IMG/VR virus record: IMGVR_UViG_3300021124_000001
DNA: 64,000 nucleotides
Origin: a virus
Lineage: Duplodnaviria > Caudoviricetes
Strand: one strand, 5' to 3'
Shown here: piece after piece, positions 57,159 through 64,000 of the stretch
How the letters are laid out: the number at the start of each line of letters is the position of its first letter
Position numbering within the stretch: the stretch's first letter is position 1
The notes under the pieces: generated by a model
Databases searched by the model: none
Told to the model about the DNA's origin: nothing
The model's input: the letters and a program-made list of their open reading frames with translations, nothing else
Program-made: the position numbers and the translations under genes

Positions 57159-58298
57159 ATGAACAAAAATCAAAAAGCATTTATCTCTGCATCTGAGCGT
57201 AAACATGGCCGTGGTGCCACATTGACTCGTGACCAGATCAACGACATTGTTGAAGAAACTGGTTTGTCATTCCCATTCTGGTTGACCACAAAGTCTGAAT
57301 ATCGTGCTGGCCGTGGGCAGTATGAAGTGCCTACATTGGGCAATACACCTGTCGAGGTAGAATCTCCTGAGTTGGCTACTGTTGACCTTGCACAAGTTAT
57401 GGTTCTGCGCCAGCCTAAACTGAAAGATGAATCTGATACCTCTATCCCTGAAAAGTACCCTGATTATGTCCCTTTTGGATTTTTTAAAGATTTACGGAAC
57501 ATTGTTAAATCCTCTCTATTTTATCCTGTGTTTATTACTGGTCTTTCTGGTAATGGTAAAACCCTCATGGTTGAACAAGTTTGTGCCGAACTCCAAAGAG
57601 AGTGCATCCGTGTCAATATTAGTATCGAAACTGACGAAAGCGATTTGTTGGGTGGTCCTACTCTTGTCAATGGCAACGTTGTTAACCGTGATGGTCCTGT
57701 CATTATCGCTATGAAGCGTGGTGCCATTCTATTGATTGACGAAGTTGACCGTGGTTCTAATAAACTAATGTGCTTGCAAGGTATTCTTGAGGGTAAGCCA
57801 TACTACAACAAGAAATCTGGTGAGTTGGTGCATCCTGCTCCTGGCTTCAACATCATTGCTACTGCTAACACTAAAGGCCGTGGTTCTGATGAGGGCAAGT
57901 ATCTATCTCAGATTCTTGATGATGCATTCTTGGAACGTTTCCCTATTACTGTAGAACAGGAATATCCTGACAGCAGAACAGAGACTAAGATTCTTACACC
58001 ATTGATTAAGGACGAAGACTTTGTTAAGTGCCTTGTTATGTGGGCTGAAGTGGTCCGTAAGTCATTCGATGAAGATGCAACCGATGAAGTTATCTCTACT
58101 CGCCGTTTGGTGCATATTGCAAAAGCATATGAAATCTTTGGTGAACGTATGAAGGCTATCAAATTGTGTGTGAATCGTTTCGATGAAGAAACCAAGACTG
58201 CATTCCTTGACCTGTATACAAAAGTTGATGCAAAGATCAATGCACCTGAAGCGCCTGCTGTTCCAACGCCAAAAGTTGATGAAGAAATTCCATTTTAA
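57159..58298 (+). CDS. CobS/MoxR-like AAA+ ATPase
   Basis: GLSGNGKT, LLIDEVD, TANTKGRG, AFLERF, ISTRRL. Confidence 0.9.
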   Translation: MNKNQKAFISASERKHGRGATLTRDQINDIVEETGLSFPFWLTTKSEYRAGRGQYEVPTLGNTPVEVESPELATVDLAQVMVLRQPKLKDESDTSIPEKYPDYVPFGFFKDLRNIVKSSLFYPVFITGLSGNGKTLMVEQVCAELQRECIRVNISIETDESDLLGGPTLVNGNVVNRDGPVIIAMKRGAILLIDEVDRGSNKLMCLQGILEGKPYYNKKSGELVHPAPGFNIIATANTKGRGSDEGKYLSQILDDAFLERFPITVEQEYPDSRTETKILTPLIKDEDFVKCLVMWAEVVRKSFDEDATDEVISTRRLVHIAKAYEIFGERMKAIKLCVNRFDEETKTAFLDLYTKVDAKINAPEAPAVPTPKVDEEIPF

Positions 58299-58308
58299 GG
58301 AGTGAGTT

Positions 58309-58656
58309 ATGATTAAGAAAATTCGTACAGGCAAACAAAATCGTCATGAAAAAATTACTGTTGCTTTGTTATCGGGTAAGCCAGTGGCTCCTGATGATAT
58401 TAAAGCGTTGTTTAAGGGCACTGACCAAGAAGCCGTGTTGTACCGACTGAGTACAAACATCTATAATATTCGGCGTGATGGTGGTATCATACGTGTTCAA
58501 AAAAATGGGCGAGCGGTATCATCCTATCAATTGATGAACCCACAAGATTTCAATGCCGATGGCCGTTTTGTTGGTCGTAAATCAGCCGAATCAGTAAATA
58601 AAACTGTTGAAGTTAATCCAACAGAAATCATTGTAGATGAATTGGAAACAGTATGA
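58309..58656 (+). CDS. hypothetical protein, possible winged HTH
   Basis: RLSTNIYNIRRDG.II...Y.L pattern. Confidence 0.6.
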   Translation: MIKKIRTGKQNRHEKITVALLSGKPVAPDDIKALFKGTDQEAVLYRLSTNIYNIRRDGGIIRVQKNGRAVSSYQLMNPQDFNADGRFVGRKSAESVNKTVEVNPTEIIVDELETV

Positions 58657-58856
58657 ACGAAAAAGGTATAGTGATTCCTTATGAAGTGGCTGATGGTATT
58701 ATTTTGGCTGGTTTGATTGACCAACGTGCATACCTCACTGAAGAATTGCGAGCAAATGAGGAAGAACTCTCGTGGTTGCATCCTGAAGATATTGTCCGTA
58801 ACAAGAAACTTATCAAGGCATTGACAAAGATTATCCATTACTATGGAGGTGAATGA
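58653..58856 (+). CDS. hypothetical protein
   Basis: ATGA coupling. Confidence 0.7.
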   Translation: MNEKGIVIPYEVADGIILAGLIDQRAYLTEELRANEEELSWLHPEDIVRNKKLIKALTKIIHYYGGE

Positions 58857-59030
58857 TGAGTTCACTTGATGCTTTGAGAATTGTTTTTGGTCTTTCTTGT
58901 TTTATTGGTGCAACTGTCGGTTTGTATAATCAAGAATGGATGATGTCTTGTGCTTACTCTTTGTTCTATATTGCATTTGAGTTTGGTAATAAGATAGAAG
59001 AATAAATATTAAATTTGATGGTGAACAACA

Positions 59031-59252
59031 ATGAAAGAACGTATTAAAGAAATTGCGTTGCAGGCTGGTGGTAGCCATTACCCTGATGTTGGTGGCGATC
59101 TATTACAGAAGTTTGCAGACCTATTGATTGATGAATGTATTAGAGCAATACAAGAAACACCTAATCATCATTGCTACACTAGTTTTGATATTGCACAATC
59201 TGATGGTACTAAGGCTGAATGTATTGAACACATTAAAAAAATTCTAATGTAA
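59031..59252 (+). CDS. divergent family member 10
   Basis: MKERIKEIALQAG, QKFADLLIDEC; DNA blocks diverged. Confidence 0.75.
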   Translation: MKERIKEIALQAGGSHYPDVGGDLLQKFADLLIDECIRAIQETPNHHCYTSFDIAQSDGTKAECIEHIKKILM

Positions 59253-59261
59253 GGAAATTAA

Positions 59262-59522
59262 ATGGATCGATTAACAGAACACGACTTACGTAATGTTAGA
59301 TTTTTGATGTCATTGGGTAGTATTGGTCTGATGAGATTCATGCAACAAGCCAGCGAAGATGATATTCGTTATGCGAATGAGATTATGAGAATGTATAAAA
59401 GGGAAATGGAAGAGGCAGGCAGTAGGTTCACAGAAGATTCGTTCCTATCCCACAATCACAATGAGATTGAAGATTTTAGTGATGCAAAGTTGGTTCTGAA
59501 AAAGTTTATGTTAAACAAGTGA
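59262..59522 (+). CDS. hypothetical protein
   Basis: AAGGA RBS. Confidence 0.75.
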   Translation: MDRLTEHDLRNVRFLMSLGSIGLMRFMQQASEDDIRYANEIMRMYKREMEEAGSRFTEDSFLSHNHNEIEDFSDAKLVLKKFMLNK

Positions 59523-59537
59523 TACGGAGATTATATT

Positions 59538-59855
59538 ATGACTGCAAGTGAAATTAAATTAGAATCTGATAAAGTAACGGCGGAGTTGTTTGCTGATGAA
59601 GTGGCCCGCCAATGGCTTAAGAGTTGCCTGAACACCTCTATTTGCACTATCACCTTCACCAAGAAAAATGGTGATGAGCGTGTTATGAAGTGCACACTGG
59701 ACGAACAACATTTCCCACCAATCCAAAAAGAAGCCGCAGAGGTCGGTGAAGTTCGTCAGAAATCCAAGGACGCCCTGGCCGTTTTTGACATCGAGGCTCA
59801 AGCATGGCGTTCATTCCGTTGGGATTCCATCAAACGATTTGAAATGGCGCTATGA
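59538..59855 (+). CDS. WYL_2/SH3-fold (DUF2693-like) protein
   Basis: FTKKNG.ER.M.CT, VFD.E...WRSFR. Confidence 0.85.
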   Translation: MTASEIKLESDKVTAELFADEVARQWLKSCLNTSICTITFTKKNGDERVMKCTLDEQHFPPIQKEAAEVGEVRQKSKDALAVFDIEAQAWRSFRWDSIKRFEMAL

Positions 59856-60002
59856 AAGATACCCTTGACATTGCACTGGTACTGTGTTACAATCTAGCCA
59901 TACTTGCCGGCACTGCATACCTTGTGGAATTCCACAATTGGTCAGGCTGGTGGTTCCTTATGACACTCTGCTTCATGGTAAGCATTAAAACGGACGATTA
60001 AA

Positions 60003-60836
60003 ATGAAATTTGCACTATGCTCAGACCTCCATTTGGAGTTTGAAACACTTGAATTGAACAACACCGAAGGTGCTGATGTATTGGTGCTGTCCGGTGATAT
60101 TTGCCTTGCTAAAGATTTGTGGCATAAAAATACTGAGCGCAGTGAAATCTGGATGAAATTCTTTACTCATTGCTCTGAACAATTCAAAGATGTGATTTAC
60201 ATTATGGGTAACCATGAGCATTATCATGGTGACTTTGCTAAATCATATAATCAATTAAAAGAAGCATTGGCTGAACTGCCTAACATTCATGTGATGGAAA
60301 AAGAATTCATTCACATTGGTGATGTGACCTTTATCGCAGGTACTCTTTGGACTGATATGAACAAAGAAGACCCTAGTACCTTGTTTGGTATCAAGGGTTA
60401 CATGAATGATTATCGTATCATTGAAGACTCTGCACGTCCTGTTCACTTCCGTGATTCTGATGGTAACTTCCACACTCGCACATCTAAGTTTAGTCCTGAA
60501 CAGTCTGTTGAAGAACACAAGGCCATGTTGAAAGTGATTGATGAAGTCACTAAAGATAATGTCACTGGAAAGTTTGTGGTTGTTGGACATCATGCACCAT
60601 CTAAAATGTCCACTAAGCCAAAATATCAAGGTGATGTAATGGTCAATGGTGCATATAGTTCCGACTTGTCAGACTTTATCTTGGATCGTCCTATGATTAA
60701 AGTATGGACTCATGGCCATACACATGATACGTTCGATTATATGATTGGTTCCACTCGTATTGTTTGCCGGCCGAGAGGATATGCAAACTATGAAGATGTT
60801 GCCGATACTTTTAAATTGCAGTATATTGAGGTTTGA
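60003..60836 (+). CDS. calcineurin-like metallophosphoesterase
   Basis: SDLH, GD, GNHE, HHAP, HGHTH. Confidence 0.93.
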   Translation: MKFALCSDLHLEFETLELNNTEGADVLVLSGDICLAKDLWHKNTERSEIWMKFFTHCSEQFKDVIYIMGNHEHYHGDFAKSYNQLKEALAELPNIHVMEKEFIHIGDVTFIAGTLWTDMNKEDPSTLFGIKGYMNDYRIIEDSARPVHFRDSDGNFHTRTSKFSPEQSVEEHKAMLKVIDEVTKDNVTGKFVVVGHHAPSKMSTKPKYQGDVMVNGAYSSDLSDFILDRPMIKVWTHGHTHDTFDYMIGSTRIVCRPRGYANYEDVADTFKLQYIEV

Positions 60837-60837
60837 T

Positions 60838-61272
60838 ATGGCCATCGAAAAAGCCAAACCATCTCGTGAAGAAATCAAGGAAAATGCTCAACTTCAAATG
60901 GAAGAAGACATTGCCAATTGGAAAAAACTATACAATGAACATATCGATAAAGATATGTTGGATGAAGATGGTTATCCGACAGATGATGCATTGATTATTA
61001 TTGAGAATTGGTATTGGAATGATCCAAAAGGTTGGTTTGAGTTTATCAAATCACTTTGGCATCTGAGTTCATGGGGTTGGGGTGAGGGTGAAGAACCACA
61101 CGACTGGCGGAAAGATGAAATGTGTTATCGCTATCACATCTCCACTGCCGGTTGGTCTGGCAATGAAGCAATCATACATGCAATGCAAAAGAATGATTGG
61201 ATGTGGCATCTTAATTGGGTACAATCACGCCGTGGTGGCCACTATATTTTTGAATTGAAAGAAATTACATGA
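60838..61272 (+). CDS. Trp-rich hypothetical protein
   Basis: STAGWSGNE, RGGHY. Confidence 0.8.
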   Translation: MAIEKAKPSREEIKENAQLQMEEDIANWKKLYNEHIDKDMLDEDGYPTDDALIIIENWYWNDPKGWFEFIKSLWHLSSWGWGEGEEPHDWRKDEMCYRYHISTAGWSGNEAIIHAMQKNDWMWHLNWVQSRRGGHYIFELKEIT

Positions 61273-61970
61273 AAGTCTACATCTCAAACTATCGTAATCA
61301 TTGGTTAAGCCCATACACTATTCTAAAGAATGTGTGTTTTTGGGAAAAAGATCATGACGTATTCTATGACCTTGAAGAAAAAGGTAGCAAGTATACCAAA
61401 TGGGTAAACTTTCTTAATCCAATTTGCCAAGCATGGCAGAAGTTCTTAGACATCGTGCACCCAAGAATCAATTATGTGAAGATTGACAACTACGACACAT
61501 GGAACATGGACGGCACATTGACACCAATCATTCTACCGATGTTGAAGCAATTGAAGGCAACTAAACATGGTTCTGCTCCTGTTGATATGGAAGATGTTCC
61601 AGAATCAATGAGAACGATTGACCATGAAGAATATGAAGATCAAAAATCTTTTGACTTCTACCATGATCCAGATTTACAAAAGGTTCAATGTGATATTCAC
61701 GACCGTTGGGATTGGGTCTTGGATGAAATGATTTTTGCGTTCGAACACCTTGCTGATGATTCATGGCAAGATGCTTACCGTAGTGGTGTTATGGATTGGG
61801 GAAGCAAAGCGTGTGAATGGAACGAAAATGGCAAAGCAACCATGTTCCAAATGGTTGAAGGTCCAAACCATACATATAAATGTGACTATGATGGAATGAA
61901 AGTAGTTGAAGACCGTATTAATAATGGTTTGAGACTTTTTGGCCGGTATTTTAGAGGATTGTGGGACTAA
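61269..61970 (+). CDS. phage hypothetical protein
   Basis: DTWNMD.TL, W..VLDEMIFAF, GL.LFG.Y..LWD. Confidence 0.85.
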   Translation: MKVYISNYRNHWLSPYTILKNVCFWEKDHDVFYDLEEKGSKYTKWVNFLNPICQAWQKFLDIVHPRINYVKIDNYDTWNMDGTLTPIILPMLKQLKATKHGSAPVDMEDVPESMRTIDHEEYEDQKSFDFYHDPDLQKVQCDIHDRWDWVLDEMIFAFEHLADDSWQDAYRSGVMDWGSKACEWNENGKATMFQMVEGPNHTYKCDYDGMKVVEDRINNGLRLFGRYFRGLWD

Positions 61971-61971
61971 T

Positions 61972-62190
61972 ATGAACGAACGAATTAAAGAACTTGCTAT
62001 AGAGGCTGGGATGATTGTAGGTGAGGCAAATGGATTTGACATGACACGGTTGATGCCCAGAGAAGTAAAGTTCGCCGAGTTGATTGTGAAGGAATGTGTG
62101 GGCATTTACAACAAACTTGATAATGGTAATCAACATCTTGGCACTGACGATTACTTGGAAGCATTACAAAAACATTTCGGAGTAAAGTAA
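61972..62190 (+). CDS. family member 11
   Basis: MNERIKELA, KFAELIVKEC (exact 20-mer at 62068), HFGVK. Confidence 0.88.
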   Translation: MNERIKELAIEAGMIVGEANGFDMTRLMPREVKFAELIVKECVGIYNKLDNGNQHLGTDDYLEALQKHFGVK

Positions 62191-62387
62191 TGAATGCCGA
62201 ACGAGTTACAAACAAGAGATTAAACCGTAATGGATGGTACTGGGCAGTAAAGTTTGCTGACCCAGCGGATGCTGATGACCTAATCGCAACTTTGCCATTG
62301 GGCACAAAAGGATACTACCGGGCCAAGGGGCATACTGCTCGACCACATTGGGTTTTAGTTAAAAATACTTTCGGAGTTGAAGAATGA
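62190..62387 (+). CDS. cargo ORF ending in the junction block
   Basis: ...NTFGVEE*, TTTCGGAGTTGAAGAATGA. Confidence 0.75.
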   Translation: MNAERVTNKRLNRNGWYWAVKFADPADADDLIATLPLGTKGYYRAKGHTARPHWVLVKNTFGVEE

Positions 62388-62605
62388 AATCTCTCTTTAA
62401 ACAAACAAAGGTTGTGTATGATGCACACATGCAAGAATATGTTGTATTCTATAAGAATTGGTTGTTTTGGAAACATGAATGGACATATAAAGTATCTGAG
62501 TATCTTCCTGATGAAAGAGCAAAAGAACTTGCTGTAACCAGAGCAAAGAATATGTTAGATACCGTTGAAGTGTATCGTAGTCCCAAACCAGTATATTATT
62601 GTTAA
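62384..62605 (+). CDS. hypothetical protein
   Basis: Starts within the junction. Confidence 0.75.
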   Translation: MKSLFKQTKVVYDAHMQEYVVFYKNWLFWKHEWTYKVSEYLPDERAKELAVTRAKNMLDTVEVYRSPKPVYYC

Positions 62606-62614
62606 GGATAAAAA

Positions 62615-63019
62615 ATGATTGAATGTCTAGTAATCGGTGACTCTATTGCCGTAGGTACTCACATGATGAGGCCCGAATGTGTTGCATATGCACAGACAGG
62701 TATCACCTCACATGGATGGAACAAAAAGTTCGGCAATAAAGACCTGTCCGCAAATACCGTTATCATTAGCCTAAGCACAAATGACTTGACAAGTGCAGAC
62801 ACATATGGTACACTGATGAACATTCGCACCAAAATCTTAGGTAACCCTAAAGTATTTTGGATTGAACCTAATCGTGAATCGAGGTTTGAGGCTGTTCAAA
62901 TTGTTCGCCGTGTTGCACATGAATTTGGTGATACTGTTTTAGTCAACACCAAATGGGCAAGAGACCACATTCATCCAACGACAACAGGTTATAGGGAACT
63001 TGCAAATAGCACAAAATGA
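62615..63019 (+). CDS. minimal SGNH/GDSL hydrolase
   Basis: GDSIA, STND, DHIHP...GY. Confidence 0.85.
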   Translation: MIECLVIGDSIAVGTHMMRPECVAYAQTGITSHGWNKKFGNKDLSANTVIISLSTNDLTSADTYGTLMNIRTKILGNPKVFWIEPNRESRFEAVQIVRRVAHEFGDTVLVNTKWARDHIHPTTTGYRELANSTK

Positions 63020-63151
63020 CTGACCAGCAATTAGAAGAAATTGGCCGTGATTTAGTAAAGATGTTTGGTGACTCTTTACCTAATCCTGAACAAGAACCAA
63101 TCAGGTTCAAATACTACATAAACTTGTTATTCTATATGAAAAGGAACGGCT

Positions 63152-63406
63152 ATGAGTAAAGAAGAAGATCGTATTAAGCATTCTAAACGCCTGCATCAAG
63201 AAGAAACAGCAATCAAACATAACATGAAGGTTGCTAAAGCACATGGTGTTCCTGTTGACCAATATGAATCACATCGTTATGCTAAAGTCAATGCAGTTAA
63301 CTGTGGTGATCCAAAATGTGTATTGTGTATGAATCCTCGTAAGTCAATGGGTGAGAAAACAATTCAAGAACAACGATTTGAACAATCAGGATTATATGAT
63401 GAGTGA
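63152..63406 (+). CDS. hypothetical protein with Cys motif
   Basis: CGDPKCVLC.NPRK. Confidence 0.75.
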   Translation: MSKEEDRIKHSKRLHQEETAIKHNMKVAKAHGVPVDQYESHRYAKVNAVNCGDPKCVLCMNPRKSMGEKTIQEQRFEQSGLYDE

Positions 63407-63599
63407 GGTTGACAAACCCGATTGTGGTTGTTATAATTGTATGCACAAGAAGAAGGACAAGAATGGTTGGCCACTAACCATGTCTATCTTCATTGTGTGT
63501 CCTAATTGTGGCAATAAACGTTGCCCTAAGGCAACAGACCACACATTAGAATGTACAAATAGTAATGAACCAGGACAAAAAGGAAGTCGTTATGGGTGA
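63396..63599 (+). CDS. Cys-rich zinc-finger-like protein
   Basis: C.C..C, CP.CGNKRCP.A..H...C. Confidence 0.75.
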   Translation: MMSEVDKPDCGCYNCMHKKKDKNGWPLTMSIFIVCPNCGNKRCPKATDHTLECTNSNEPGQKGSRYG

Positions 63600-63616
63600 A
63601 AATAAGGTGACTGAAA

Positions 63617-64000
63617 TTGAGAAAAAACTTTGAATATTACAAACGTGATTACTGGTCATTCGGTATTGCTGTACGTAATCCTTATGAACGTGAGCACCAT
63701 GAAAAGCCTTATTGCACATTTAATATTTGTTTGTTCAAGCATTCATGGTGGTGGAAAATTCCTGAGTTGTTCAAACCAAAAGAAAAGTGGATTGATACAA
63801 CCAATATGTCATGGAACAAAGACAAAGAAGGTCCATGTGGATTCATGGAAGAGATTCGTAAAGAATACGGATTCACATTTACACCTGATGGACTACACAC
63901 CTATTATGGTATTCAACCAGGTAATTGGACTCGTGATGATCCAGAAAATTCAGACCATTCAAAATTATTCAGTTATCCATGGCGCCTAGAGATTGTACGT
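63617..64000 (+). CDS. hypothetical protein, truncated by window end (TTG start)
   Basis: AAGGTG RBS; open frame MRKNFEYYKRDYWSFG... to the edge. Confidence 0.65.
   Translation, partial: MRKNFEYYKRDYWSFGIAVRNPYEREHHEKPYCTFNICLFKHSWWWKIPELFKPKEKWIDTTNMSWNKDKEGPCGFMEEIRKEYGFTFTPDGLHTYYGIQPGNWTRDDPENSDHSKLFSYPWRLEIVR

Noticed and set aside
63630-63989. 119-aa ORF in the track
   Set aside because: An overlapping frame from TTG 63617 has an RBS and stays open to the window end.

Overview
64 kb of an AT-rich T4-like myophage genome, read in the standard genetic code. The host is unknown. Order: a tRNA array (8 tRNAs, interrupted by an HNH gene); a minus-strand operon of secreted/membrane proteins; T4 replication core (gp43, UvsX, gp40, gp41); a glycosyl-/methyltransferase/2OG-oxygenase cluster; late genes with T4-type capsid-targeting N-termini; a lysis cassette (spanins, GH19 endolysin); primase, ThyX, NrdAB, thioredoxin, RNase H, a VWA/CobT-like protein, GalE and GroES; then ~22 kb of small early ORFs driven by sigma70-type promoters. 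The most unusual element is a repeat-scaffolded gene array, densest at 53280-56454. It holds 11 members of one mini-protein family built from up to three constant blocks (MNERI / KFAELIV / HFGVEE) with two hypervariable segments. The blocks are conserved at the DNA level, and the members alternate with unrelated cargo ORFs that share the same GGAGTTGAAGAATGA junction. Also found: a complete type I hammerhead ribozyme (46849-46900) and a phased TGTTG-N8-CAACA palindrome upstream of many early promoters. All calls come from reading the sequence by eye; no searches were run.
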